Of a stretch of DNA of 64,000 bases, positions 28,961-39,273 are shown piece by piece. The position numbers were made by a program, and so were the translations under genes. The notes under the pieces were generated by a model. It worked only from the letters and a program-made list of their open reading frames with translations. It made no database searches and was not told the origin of the DNA. Position 1 is the first letter of the stretch. The number at the start of each line of letters is the position of its first letter. Source of the DNA: a bacterium (lineage in GTDB: Bacteria; Patescibacteriota; Minisyncoccia; Moranbacterales; UBA2206); NCBI GenBank assembly GCA_029567195.1, contig JAKQLJ010000020.1, forward strand, positions 3,971 through 67,970, given 5' to 3'.

Positions 28961-30125
28961 AATGAAAAATGTATTATTTTTTAATCTAAATAGGATCACC
29001 TATCAAGGCGGCGCGGAGAGTTATATAATAGATATAGGCAATAAGCTTCTGGAATCAGGAAGGCCGGTAGTATATATTGGAGATTTTCGGATTATTTTAA
29101 AATTGTTCGTTATTATTGGATTTTTGCTTCGAAATATTTCTTTTTCTAAGTGTAAAAAAATTATAAAGGAAATAAATCATTATCCGGTAACAGATGAAAA
29201 TAAAATAAAATTTTCAATCAGCTCCATAACGGTTAAGTTTATTTGCCCCTTTTCCCTTCAGAGAAGAAAGATAAAAAGTTTAGTGAAAGAATCCGCCACT
29301 ATTTTTGTTAAAAATGAATTTATTGATATGATGTTTTTTTGGCTTTTTATGCCCAAGCCGGAAAAAAAATATGCCATTATTTTCACATCAATAAAATATC
29401 CGGAAACAAAAACCTTTCGGGCCAAAATTCACAATTTATTTTATCTGGGAAGCATCTATAAGTTTTTTTTAAAGAGATATGACGGATTGATTGTGTCCAA
29501 TATGGCTGATTATGATTTATTAATTTCTCATTTCAAAATAAACAAGGAAAAAATTATTTATATTCCCTATGGCCTTGATTTCGATGAATTCAGGAAGAAA
29601 AAAATTGATTTTGATATTTCCGGACTAAAAGAAGAAAAAAGAAAAATCCTTTTTGTCGGCCGGCTAGAAGAGCAAAAAGGAATAGAGGATTTGATAAAAA
29701 TAATTTCCAAGGCTAATAAATCCGAAAATAATTACCAATTTATAATTATAGGAGACGGACCGTTAAAAGAAAAAATAGAAAAATTATCAAGGGAGCAAGA
29801 AAATGTTATTTATCTGGGGGCGAAGCAGCACGGCGAAGTTCTGGGAATTTATGAAAAAGCAGATATAATTGTTGTTCTTTCTCGCTGGGAAACGTTTTGC
29901 TATGTGGCGCTGGAGGCTCAATTAAGTGGCAAGCCGGTTTTGGCCTATGACGTTTCCGGTCCCAACGAAATTATACTAGACGGAGTTTCCGGAAAAATAA
30001 TAAAAGGTGACTGGAAAGAAATGCTAAAAAATTTAGACGTTGATTATAATTTTGATAAAAATTATTTTGCCTATAAATTTTCGCAGGACAGAGTTCTGGA
30101 GAAATACCGGGCCATTTTAAATTAA
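28953..30125 (+). CDS. Glycosyltransferase family 4
   Basis: ILFVGRLEEQKGIEDLI...ADIIVVLSRWETFCYVALEAQLSGKPVLAYDVSGPNEIILDGVSG is a canonical GT4 C-terminal domain. Confidence 0.75.
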   Translation: MIKMKNVLFFNLNRITYQGGAESYIIDIGNKLLESGRPVVYIGDFRIILKLFVIIGFLLRNISFSKCKKIIKEINHYPVTDENKIKFSISSITVKFICPFSLQRRKIKSLVKESATIFVKNEFIDMMFFWLFMPKPEKKYAIIFTSIKYPETKTFRAKIHNLFYLGSIYKFFLKRYDGLIVSNMADYDLLISHFKINKEKIIYIPYGLDFDEFRKKKIDFDISGLKEEKRKILFVGRLEEQKGIEDLIKIISKANKSENNYQFIIIGDGPLKEKIEKLSREQENVIYLGAKQHGEVLGIYEKADIIVVLSRWETFCYVALEAQLSGKPVLAYDVSGPNEIILDGVSGKIIKGDWKEMLKNLDVDYNFDKNYFAYKFSQDRVLEKYRAILN

Positions 30126-30128
30126 TAT

Positions 30129-32966
30129 ATGTTTGAAGAAATATTGCATAAAATATTTAACAAGACAAAAATGTGGTTTCGAAAGGAATCCGCCTGGGCT
30201 TTTCTATTGGCTTTCATCAATCTTATTGTTATCTGGAATATTTTCGATACCAATTTTCTGATGGGGGTAGATGAATTTTCTCTTCAGTATGATGGATTTT
30301 TTGCCGAAAAATCATCGCTATATACATGGAATGACTGGATTAATCTGGGCCATAACAATCTTTCTACTAATAATATTGCTTATCTGGCCTTGTTTAATTT
30401 TTTTAATTTTATTTTTTCTTCTTCTGTTGTCGAAAGGATTCTTTACTGGATACTTTTCTTTTTCTGCTGTTACTCAATGTTTATCTTACTGGCCAGATAT
30501 TACAAAATAAATTATTTCGTCGCTGCAACCTTTTCCCTGTTTTTTGAATACAATCTCCACCATGTGATTATGCCGCTGGCTGTAAATCCCAAGCTGGTTT
30601 ATATTGCCCTGCCCATGGTCATTATCATATTAAAAAAATATATTCTGGACAGAAAACTGCTGAAACTTTCTATTGTTATGCCTCTTGGCCTTTTGGTAAT
30701 TGCCCAGGTGGCGGCCAACCCGCCGGCTGTTTCGATTATTTTTATTTTAATTTTGGCTTATCTTATTTATCAAATTATTTTAAAAAACATTAAATTTAAA
30801 GAAGCGTTGCTTTTCTTTTTTGGAGCGTCATTTTTTTTCGTTCTTTTCAATTTTTGGTGGCTTTCCACTCTGATTCCAGCCATGCTGGAATCATCAGGTA
30901 ATATTGTTACGGGTTTAAACGCGGCGATTCTAAGAGCTTCGCAATATCTCAATGTTTTTAACGTAATGAGATATTTGGGCTATGGGCCATGGTGGCTGGG
31001 TGAGGGAGTCGGACATAAATATGTCCAATTTTCCCAAGTTTTTGACGGCAGTTATTTCCTTATTGCTTATTCTTTTCTCCCGCCACTTTTTATCATCGGC
31101 GCCTTGGCACTTTTTGGTCTTAGTAAGCAAAAAAACTACTGGAAAGAAAAAGATCTCATTTTTTGGGTGCTGATTTTTATTTTTGGCGTATTCTTGGCGA
31201 AAGGAATTAACGCGCCCGGAGGGTGGTTTTTTGGTTTTCTGTGGCAAAACATCCCGGGCTTTTGGATATTCCGCGACCCTTGGGCGAAATTCATCCCATT
31301 GGTGGTTTTATCTTCGGTAATCACCGGGGCGATAGTTTGTGATTATATCATTCAAAGATTCAAGATTTTCAGGGTGGCAATTTTAGGAATTATGTTGATA
31401 ACTGTATATTTTTATGCTGTCTTCCCTGATATTTATTATAACGATAACTTTTTGACTATGCGCAGCTTGCATGTCGACGTTCCCCAATATTGGGAGAATT
31501 ACGCGGATAAATATGAAAAGAAAAAACTTGTTATGCGCAATCTTACTTTTCCCAAAACTCCCAACGGCAGCCACTTTTTTTCTAGCGGATTTTCCGGTCC
31601 CTTGCCTTTTATTTCTCTTGTTTCCCGCCAGCCTTTTATTATCTATCCCAATTTTAGCAATACGGGAAATGTCAACGACAGAATAATCGATGATTTTTAC
31701 GGTTCCGAATATAAAAATTCCAAACTGTGGAGTTATTTGAATGTCGGTTATGCTACTCAGCAGAATGATTATAACTGGCTGGTCGGATATAAAGACACTT
31801 TTCCTCCTTCGGAAATGGAGAAAATTCTAAATAGCATAGAATTTTTGGAAAAAAAGGATAGTTTTGGAAATTTTGACTTCAATTATATCAGAGGAATAGA
31901 TTTCGGAAGAGACAAGACGGGTGAGGAAAGGCGATTGATTGCCGATGAACTTCGCGGTCGATCGGCACTAGACATTTATAAATTAAAGCCAAATTATTTT
32001 CTTCCGCTTGTTTATATCCCCAAAGAAATAACCTTTTCTTCGAGGGAAGTAGAAAGTATTGCGCGAATTTCCAATGAACAAAAATTGGGCGTTTCTTCAG
32101 CAGTTTTTTTTCTAAACCAAAACAACGGCGAAATCGATGAAGAAAATATTAAAAAAACAAAAATCCTGAATAATTATCAGAAAAGTGATGATACCACGGT
32201 GGAATTTAAAAAAATCAATCCGACAAAGTATAGGATTATAGTGCATAATGCCAGTTCTAAATTTCCTTTGGTTTTTTCAGAGAGTTTTCATGAAAAATGG
32301 AAAATTTATCTGGTCAATGAATTTTCTAAGGATAATAAGCCTGCAAGCTTCTTAAGCGAATATAAAATTTTGGATGGAAATGATGATGATCAGGCAACCA
32401 AAGAGGAGCTTAGTGGTTATATACAAAACGGTTGGATTAGCACATTGGGAGAGGGAAAAGAAAAACAAACTGAATATTACAAGCAAAAGGACAGCAAAAG
32501 GAAATTGGATTATGTGGAAAAATATAAAATAAGTTTTGTTTCTAAAAATTTTCAAGGAACCATTCAAAACGATAATTTACCCGATGGTTATTTTTGGGAA
32601 ACATGGTTTAAAAATCCGATCAGCGAGGAGGATAATCATCTTATGGTTAACGGATATGCCAACTCTTGGATTATAGACGTAGAGAAAATGTGCAAGGACA
32701 ATCCGAATTTTTGCGTAAATAATCTTTCTTGTGAAACGGGGCAGGGCAAATCTTGTCTTTCACAAGACAAGGGTGAATCTTATGATTTTGAACTGGTGGT
32801 TGAATTTTGGCCGCAAAGACTTTTTTATATCGGAGTGGTCGTTTCTTCGGTTGCCCTGTTGCTCTGCGGGGGATATTTAGCGTATGATTGGCGCAAGAGA
32901 ATGAATAATAAATTTTTTATAAATAAAAAAGGGGAAGAATATAAAAATGGCAAAAAAATTATTTAG
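30129..32966 (+). CDS. Large polytopic membrane protein, YfhO-like (putative GT-C glycosyltransferase), 945 aa
   Basis: About 13 N-terminal TM helices, a large extracytoplasmic domain and a final C-terminal TM. The C-terminal motif NGYANSWIID...WPQRL is shared with 34469-36628 (GYANGWKID...YYPTRL). Confidence 0.5.
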   Translation: MFEEILHKIFNKTKMWFRKESAWAFLLAFINLIVIWNIFDTNFLMGVDEFSLQYDGFFAEKSSLYTWNDWINLGHNNLSTNNIAYLALFNFFNFIFSSSVVERILYWILFFFCCYSMFILLARYYKINYFVAATFSLFFEYNLHHVIMPLAVNPKLVYIALPMVIIILKKYILDRKLLKLSIVMPLGLLVIAQVAANPPAVSIIFILILAYLIYQIILKNIKFKEALLFFFGASFFFVLFNFWWLSTLIPAMLESSGNIVTGLNAAILRASQYLNVFNVMRYLGYGPWWLGEGVGHKYVQFSQVFDGSYFLIAYSFLPPLFIIGALALFGLSKQKNYWKEKDLIFWVLIFIFGVFLAKGINAPGGWFFGFLWQNIPGFWIFRDPWAKFIPLVVLSSVITGAIVCDYIIQRFKIFRVAILGIMLITVYFYAVFPDIYYNDNFLTMRSLHVDVPQYWENYADKYEKKKLVMRNLTFPKTPNGSHFFSSGFSGPLPFISLVSRQPFIIYPNFSNTGNVNDRIIDDFYGSEYKNSKLWSYLNVGYATQQNDYNWLVGYKDTFPPSEMEKILNSIEFLEKKDSFGNFDFNYIRGIDFGRDKTGEERRLIADELRGRSALDIYKLKPNYFLPLVYIPKEITFSSREVESIARISNEQKLGVSSAVFFLNQNNGEIDEENIKKTKILNNYQKSDDTTVEFKKINPTKYRIIVHNASSKFPLVFSESFHEKWKIYLVNEFSKDNKPASFLSEYKILDGNDDDQATKEELSGYIQNGWISTLGEGKEKQTEYYKQKDSKRKLDYVEKYKISFVSKNFQGTIQNDNLPDGYFWETWFKNPISEEDNHLMVNGYANSWIIDVEKMCKDNPNFCVNNLSCETGQGKSCLSQDKGESYDFELVVEFWPQRLFYIGVVVSSVALLLCGGYLAYDWRKRMNNKFFINKKGEEYKNGKKII

Positions 32967-34464
32967 ATTTATAAAAGAAAACAAGCAATATGTTTTAGCA
33001 GCCTTGGCACTGATAATGTTTTTTCTGATTGGCAGGATTTTCCCGGCCAATATCATTACTTCAAAAAGTTGTGAGGGAGGAAAATGCAAAGCGGTTATCA
33101 AGGCTCCTGACTTGACCAATGAGAAGCCAAGGTTTTATGTTAATGATATTTTTAATTCCCGGGAAAAAGAATTCTATCGGATAATTTTTGAAGCAAAATC
33201 CAACAGACCAACCAGTCTGAGTATTTTTGCCGCCAATCCGCTGGATGAAAATAAAAAAATGAAGGAAGTGGAATTGGAAAGTGTCAATAACTATCAAACG
33301 AAGGAAATTTTTCTTGCGTCCGATAAAATTTATACGGATTTGCTGTTCAAAAAAAATAATCCTCAGGACGGAGCTGATGTCAGTATCGGCCATATTTATA
33401 TTTCCCGCCTGAATATTTCCAGCGAAGAAGAAATTAAAAATCTTTCTCCGACCATAATCGGCGGCGCTGATGCGGAAATTCTCGATCAAAAACAGGAAAA
33501 CAACAGCGCTTCTTTTGATCAGCTCAAAGAGCCGGGAGTTTTTTTGGGACAGACTTTTGAAGCCGAATTCAACTATATTACCGGAGTATCTTTGGATATT
33601 GATATTATCAAACAGAGCAATATGGGGGATAAGAAATATTCCCTGGAGCTTCGAGAGGTGGAAGACGAGGATACGGTTCCTAATATCAAAAGTGATCCGT
33701 TGGCCATAGTTAAATTTTCAGCAGACGGCATAGAGGAATTTCGCCAGGAAAACGGAAAATTTCTTTTTCCGATTATGGCCAAATTAAAAAAAGACAAAAA
33801 ATATTTTATCGGCATTAATAACGACAATGTAAAAACCAATGAATTTAATTATCTGATTCCCAAAGGCACGAAAAACGGCAATGCTTATGCCAAGGGATCG
33901 GCAGCTGTCAAGTATAAAAAATATTCCTATCTGACTACCGGCGATCTTTATTTTAAAACTTTCGGCTTTAATCTCAAAGAATACGAGGGGTACAATATTT
34001 TACCGGGAACGATCATCGAGGATCGAGGAAAGGGGCAATTGTTTTTTTCATACTCTCAAAGAAACAACAAATATGAATTTATCAACTCAGATTCCGTTTC
34101 CGAGGACATTTATTTTGACGGGGAAAACAATTATATGGCGGGAACAATCAGGGAGGGGAGGGATTCTTTCATAATTTATAAGGTTAACACTATTCATCCG
34201 TTTAAAAACTTTTCTATTTCTGCCAGTCAGGGCGATTTGAATTTAAACAAGATAAGAATATATTTTTCTTTTGATAAAAAGGACTGGCAAGAAGCTCCAT
34301 GGGAGACAAAAAATGAGTTGCAGGTCTGGGATTATACCAGCTTGCAAGTTCCGAATAATCAGAAAGAAATATACGTGAAGATAGAACCGGAAAAAGACAA
34401 ATATCCCGGTCAGACAAAATTTGGCGTGAAAAACTTTAAATTTCAAGCGGAACTTATTAAGTAA
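32947..34464 (+). CDS. Hypothetical exported protein with N-terminal signal-anchor
   Basis: One N-terminal hydrophobic helix (YVLAALALIMFFLIGRIF), then a hydrophilic 470-aa domain. No recognizable motifs. Confidence 0.4.
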   Translation: MAKKLFRFIKENKQYVLAALALIMFFLIGRIFPANIITSKSCEGGKCKAVIKAPDLTNEKPRFYVNDIFNSREKEFYRIIFEAKSNRPTSLSIFAANPLDENKKMKEVELESVNNYQTKEIFLASDKIYTDLLFKKNNPQDGADVSIGHIYISRLNISSEEEIKNLSPTIIGGADAEILDQKQENNSASFDQLKEPGVFLGQTFEAEFNYITGVSLDIDIIKQSNMGDKKYSLELREVEDEDTVPNIKSDPLAIVKFSADGIEEFRQENGKFLFPIMAKLKKDKKYFIGINNDNVKTNEFNYLIPKGTKNGNAYAKGSAAVKYKKYSYLTTGDLYFKTFGFNLKEYEGYNILPGTIIEDRGKGQLFFSYSQRNNKYEFINSDSVSEDIYFDGENNYMAGTIREGRDSFIIYKVNTIHPFKNFSISASQGDLNLNKIRIYFSFDKKDWQEAPWETKNELQVWDYTSLQVPNNQKEIYVKIEPEKDKYPGQTKFGVKNFKFQAELIK

Positions 34465-34468
34465 AAAA

Positions 34469-36628
34469 ATGACTCCCCAATTTATTAGAAAAAATGGTTT
34501 TTTTATCGGCGGGCTTTTTCTTTTGTTTCTTGTTGTTTTGGTAAATATTTTTCCCAGCGGATATGTTTTTGGCGGCGGCGATACAATCCAATTTTTTGGA
34601 AATTGGGAAAATCTCAGGTCGTTATTTTTTGATTGGGGCGGAAGAGCCTGGTTCTTTTATCTGATATTTTATTTGCTTAATATTTTTGGCATTTCGGAAG
34701 CCGGTCAGCTTTCCTGGTATCTGGGTGTTTTTATTTTCGGATCCTACATTTCTTTTTTTATTTTTTCCCGTTTAATTTTAGAAGATTCTCCAGGAAAGAG
34801 GGCTTTTGCCTCCCTTTTTTATGCGCTTAATCTCTATACCCTTTTTATTTTTACGGGCAATTGGGGCTATTCCTATTTTCCGTCCCTTTATATTTTTCTT
34901 CCGCTGATGTTGCTGTTTTTCATTAAATTCATAAAAACTCAAAAAAATATTTTTGGGGCGCTGTTTGTGCTGATTCTCTTTTTGGGCTCTTCCGGGTTTG
35001 GCAATCCGGCCTTTTTACTTTCTTTTATTATTTTTCTTTCAGCTGTTTTTCTGGGACTCTTAATTTTTGGATATTTTCAATGGGACAATAAATTGGCGGT
35101 AAAACTGTTTTTTCTGGCGGTTTTTTCTTTTTTGATAAATTCTTTTTGGATCTTACCGCTTGTCCCCGAAATCAGCCAGGGAGTGGAAAAGTTGCAGTCG
35201 TCCGAGGTGGTGGAATTTGATTGGTGGATACGCCACTCCGCCAGCCCCATCGTGAAAACCGTAAGCCTTAATCATTTTTCCGAAGATTATTTTCCCTATA
35301 ATTTTTATTATAAAGATTTTTCCTATTTTAAAGTTCCTTTTATGGTTATTTCTTTTCTTCCCATGTTAGTTATCGCTTATGGACTGGCTTTTTTTAGGAA
35401 AAAAATGTCTTCTTCTGATCATTCTCTTTTTCTTTCTTTTCTTTTTGTTTTAGTAATTTTTATTCCTTTGGTAGCTCGCCTTATTGAGCCGTTTGAAAGA
35501 ATAAACTATTATATCTATCATTTGCCGGGATTTGTTACCTTGAGAGGTTATGATAAAACCGCTATTTTTATTCCCTTTGTTCTGGCGACACTTTTGCTTT
35601 TGACCATAAATCACTTAAGCAGAAAAAAAGCATTTTTTATCTTAATTTTAATATTAATTATTCCGCTGCCATTTTATCTGGGAAAACTTCAGCAGACAGC
35701 CGGCTATAGAGTAAATTCAGAAAAAGATTTCCGAAAAGCTGCCATGAGCTTTTTAGTCAAGATTCCTGATGAATATCATTCTGTTCGGCCGCTAATTGCC
35801 AATGACAAGGATAAATTTTTTCTAGCCGCTCTGCCGGCCACCAAAAGTGACGGTTCGGGAATAGTATATTATCCAAAATGGAATTTTTACGGAGCGGATA
35901 TGTCGGAAACTCTCTATAACAGGAAGCAAATCCAGCCCAATGTTGTTTATTTTAACGAATGGAATTTTGCGGAGGAATTTGGCGAACAGCAAGGCGAAAA
36001 AAACGACTGGTTGCCAAAGCTTCTCGGGATGATGAACGTTAAATATTTAATTTATCATAAAGATGCTCCCGAGAGTTCAGTGGAAAAAAGCCAGAACAAA
36101 ATAGATGACTTGAAAAACAAAGGACTTATTAAAAATATCGAAAACAATGAATATTTTACTCTATATGAAATTAATTCAAGTCTGTTTTTCCCTTATATAA
36201 CCTATCAACAAGAAAACTTGGATTTTCAAAATGATTCTGTTTGGATTGAGAGAAATCTGGAAAAAATGAAAAACCTGACTGCCAGCGCTGATTTTAGGGA
36301 GATTAATCCCAAAAAGTTCGAAGTGCTTTTTGATAATTTGGAAAATCAAAAAGAATTGGTTTTGGCGGAAAGTTATAATTCTAATTGGAAAGCTTATGCC
36401 ATTTTAAAAAATGGAAGAGAGATTGAAATAGAAAATCACTTTATGGCTCGCGGCTATGCCAATGGCTGGAAGATAGACAGCAATCCAGATATTAAAAAAA
36501 TCGTCATAGAATATTATCCTACTAGGCTTTTGTGCCAAGGATCCGCTGTCAGCCTCTTAGCCCTTTTGTTTTTATCTGTTTATTTGGTAAGATACTATTA
36601 TAACAAACGAGGAAAAAATAATGTTTAA
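34469..36628 (+). CDS. Large polytopic membrane protein, YfhO-like (paralog of 30129-32966)
   Basis: 719 aa with many TM helices, then an extracytoplasmic domain and a terminal TM. It shares the C-terminal motif noted under 30129-32966. Confidence 0.5.
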   Translation: MTPQFIRKNGFFIGGLFLLFLVVLVNIFPSGYVFGGGDTIQFFGNWENLRSLFFDWGGRAWFFYLIFYLLNIFGISEAGQLSWYLGVFIFGSYISFFIFSRLILEDSPGKRAFASLFYALNLYTLFIFTGNWGYSYFPSLYIFLPLMLLFFIKFIKTQKNIFGALFVLILFLGSSGFGNPAFLLSFIIFLSAVFLGLLIFGYFQWDNKLAVKLFFLAVFSFLINSFWILPLVPEISQGVEKLQSSEVVEFDWWIRHSASPIVKTVSLNHFSEDYFPYNFYYKDFSYFKVPFMVISFLPMLVIAYGLAFFRKKMSSSDHSLFLSFLFVLVIFIPLVARLIEPFERINYYIYHLPGFVTLRGYDKTAIFIPFVLATLLLLTINHLSRKKAFFILILILIIPLPFYLGKLQQTAGYRVNSEKDFRKAAMSFLVKIPDEYHSVRPLIANDKDKFFLAALPATKSDGSGIVYYPKWNFYGADMSETLYNRKQIQPNVVYFNEWNFAEEFGEQQGEKNDWLPKLLGMMNVKYLIYHKDAPESSVEKSQNKIDDLKNKGLIKNIENNEYFTLYEINSSLFFPYITYQQENLDFQNDSVWIERNLEKMKNLTASADFREINPKKFEVLFDNLENQKELVLAESYNSNWKAYAILKNGREIEIENHFMARGYANGWKIDSNPDIKKIVIEYYPTRLLCQGSAVSLLALLFLSVYLVRYYYNKRGKNNV

Positions 36629-36956
36629 AAAGATAAATTTAAAACTAAAAACCATTCCTTTAAAGATATATGTTGACACCATTTTTGTCGCTATGGCTGT
36701 ATTCATAGGCGCTTATTTCAAATGGAATGTTGTCGAAATAATGATTTTTGGGGTATTCATTGGAACGCTTCTCCGTCCCGTTCCCAGCCATTATCCGGCT
36801 GTTGTCGCGCTTTTTTTTCTTGCTTTAACGCCTGTTTTTTTGGCTTTTGGCAACAATCTGGTGCCTGAGAAATTGGCTATTTATGCCTATTTTTTCATAA
36901 TAATTTCCGTAATCATGGGAATTTATGAAATTAGAAACGAAAAAAGCCCCAGTTAG
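36621..36956 (+). CDS. Small membrane protein (3 TM helices)
   Basis: 111 aa and hydrophobic. Its start overlaps the upstream stop by 8 nt. Confidence 0.35.
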   Translation: MFKKINLKLKTIPLKIYVDTIFVAMAVFIGAYFKWNVVEIMIFGVFIGTLLRPVPSHYPAVVALFFLALTPVFLAFGNNLVPEKLAIYAYFFIIISVIMGIYEIRNEKSPS

Positions 36957-37020
36957 CTTGTAAACCGTCCGGAAAGAAGCTAAAATGGATTTAATCATAA
37001 TTTATAAATTTCAATAGTTT

Positions 37021-37959
37021 ATGAACGAAAAACCACATATTTCAGTAGTCGTGCCTCTCTATAATGAAGAAGACAATGTCCAAGAACTCCATCGCCGAAT
37101 TTCACAGGCCTGTCAAAAATTGGATAAAACTTTTGAAATTATCTTTATCGATGACGGTTCAAAAGACGGAACGGTCAATAATTGCAAGGGATTATCTCCG
37201 TTAAAACTTATAAAATTCAGGCGTAATTTCGGGCAAACAGCTGCTTTTGACGCGGGCATAAAAGAAGCCAGAGGCGAAATTGTCATTACTATGGACGGTG
37301 ATCTTCAAAATGATCCGGACGACATCGGTCTGCTTTTGGAGGAAATGGAAAAAGGTTTTGACGTGGTTTCCGGTTGGCGAGCCAAAAGAAGAGACAGCTT
37401 GTCCAAAAAAATATTTTCCCGGGGAGCCAATATCCTGAGAAAAATTCTGATTCATGACAAGATTCATGATTCAGGATGCAGTCTGAAAGCTTATAGGCGG
37501 GAATGCTTTCATGATGTTGACTTATTCGGAGAGATGCACCGTTTTATGCCAGCCATTTTGGAAATGGAAGGTTTCAGGGTGGGGGAAGTGAAAGTTTCCC
37601 ATCATCCTCGAGTTCACGGAAAAACCAAATATAACTGGAAAAGAGGAATAAAAGGTTTCGTCGATATGGTTTCTATTTGGTTTTGGAGAAAGTATGCCAA
37701 TCGGCCTCTTCACCTTTTTGGCGGAGGAGGAATAATTTCTTTTTTGGCGGGAACAGTAATTCTTATCTGGATGGCGGTGGAAAAAATATTTTTTAACGCT
37801 TCTCTTTCAGAAAAAATCTGGCCTCTTATGGGGGCATTTCTCGTAATGGTGGGAATTCAATTATTCATTTTCGGACTTTTGGCGGATATTTTAATCAAAA
37901 ATTATTATAAAAACCAAAAGAGAATGAATTATTCGATAAAAGAAATATTAGAATCATAA
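37021..37959 (+). CDS. GT2 polyprenyl-phosphate glycosyltransferase (GtrB/ArnC-like)
   Basis: ISVVVPLYNEEDNV...IFIDDGSKDGT...ITMDGDLQNDPDDI, plus two C-terminal TM helices. Confidence 0.8.
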   Translation: MNEKPHISVVVPLYNEEDNVQELHRRISQACQKLDKTFEIIFIDDGSKDGTVNNCKGLSPLKLIKFRRNFGQTAAFDAGIKEARGEIVITMDGDLQNDPDDIGLLLEEMEKGFDVVSGWRAKRRDSLSKKIFSRGANILRKILIHDKIHDSGCSLKAYRRECFHDVDLFGEMHRFMPAILEMEGFRVGEVKVSHHPRVHGKTKYNWKRGIKGFVDMVSIWFWRKYANRPLHLFGGGGIISFLAGTVILIWMAVEKIFFNASLSEKIWPLMGAFLVMVGIQLFIFGLLADILIKNYYKNQKRMNYSIKEILES

Positions 37960-37962
37960 ATT

Positions 37963-39270
37963 ATGAAAATTGCTATTATCGGTACCGGTTATGTAGGCCT
38001 GGTCAGCGGAACCTGCTTTTCTCAGTTTGGTCATAATGTCACTTGCATAGACAAAGACAAACAAAAAATAGAAGCTCTGAAAAATGGCCAAATTCCCATT
38101 TATGAACCGGGACTGGAAGATTTAGTGAAAGAAAACGTGGCGGCCGAAAGACTTTCTTTTACTACAGAAACAGCGGAGGCGGTCAAAAATGCCAATGCTG
38201 TTTTTATCGCTGTCGGCACGCCCACTTCCCGAAGAGGAGACGGCTATGCCGATCTCAGTTATGTTTATGCGGCGGCGCGGGAAATTGCGCCCTATCTGGA
38301 AAATTACACGGTAATCGTGGATAAAAGCACGGTTCCGGTAGGCACGGCTCAACAAGTGAAAAGAATAATAAGAGAGGAAAATCCCAAGGCCCAGTTTGAT
38401 GTGGCAAGCAATCCGGAATTTCTCCGGGAGGGGGCGGCTATTGATGATTTCATGCAGCCGGACAGAGTGGTGATTGGAGTGGAAACGGAAAAAGCGGCCG
38501 AAGTCTTGAAACAAATTTATAGCCCTCTTGGTCTCACGGAAGCGTCTCTCGTGATAACCAATCCGGAAACGGCTGAACTCATCAAATATGCTTCTAACGC
38601 CTTTTTAGCCGTTAAAATCAGCTATATTAACGATATGGCGAATTTGTGCGAAAAGGCGAAAGCGGATGTTGTGACGCTGGCCGAAGGGATGGGACTGGAC
38701 AGCCGCATTGGTAGTAAATTTCTTCAACCAGGACCGGGTTATGGCGGCTCATGCTTTCCAAAAGACACGCTGGCGCTTAATAAAATAGCTCAGGAGCACG
38801 GAACGACTTTGCGGGTGGTAGAAGCCGCTATTGAAGTAAATTCCGCTCAGAAAGCCAAAATGGTAAAAAAGATAAGAGAAGCTTTGGGGGGCAGTGAATC
38901 AGGGAAAACCATTAGTTGCTTGGGACTGACTTTCAAGCCGGAAACCGACGATATGCGTGAAGCTCCCTCCCTTTCCATCTTGCCGGCGCTTTCTGAAAAA
39001 GGGGCCAAAGTCCGAGCTCATGATCCGCACGGAATGGAAGCGGCCAAGGTTTTAATGTCGGAAATAGAATATTTGGATGATCCGTATGAGGTATGCGAAG
39101 GAGCTGACTGCGTGGTGCTTATGACTGGCTGGAATGAATACCGGGCATTGGATTTGGAAAAATTGGCATCCGTTATGAAGGACAAACTTTTTATCGACCT
39201 GCACAACATCTACGAACCGGAAATATTAAAAGAAAAAGGGTTTAAATATTTCGGCGTAGGGAGAAATTAG
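37963..39270 (+). CDS. ugd: UDP-glucose 6-dehydrogenase
   Basis: MKIAIIGTGYVGLVSG, the NPEFLREGAAI catalytic motif and GGSCFPKDT with the catalytic Cys. Visibly GC-richer than neighbouring genes. Confidence 0.9.
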   Translation: MKIAIIGTGYVGLVSGTCFSQFGHNVTCIDKDKQKIEALKNGQIPIYEPGLEDLVKENVAAERLSFTTETAEAVKNANAVFIAVGTPTSRRGDGYADLSYVYAAAREIAPYLENYTVIVDKSTVPVGTAQQVKRIIREENPKAQFDVASNPEFLREGAAIDDFMQPDRVVIGVETEKAAEVLKQIYSPLGLTEASLVITNPETAELIKYASNAFLAVKISYINDMANLCEKAKADVVTLAEGMGLDSRIGSKFLQPGPGYGGSCFPKDTLALNKIAQEHGTTLRVVEAAIEVNSAQKAKMVKKIREALGGSESGKTISCLGLTFKPETDDMREAPSLSILPALSEKGAKVRAHDPHGMEAAKVLMSEIEYLDDPYEVCEGADCVVLMTGWNEYRALDLEKLASVMKDKLFIDLHNIYEPEILKEKGFKYFGVGRN

Positions 39271-39273
39271 ATT

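Noticed and set aside
38122-38514. 130-aa minus-strand ORF inside ugd
   Set aside because: Antisense artefact favoured by the locally higher GC of ugd.
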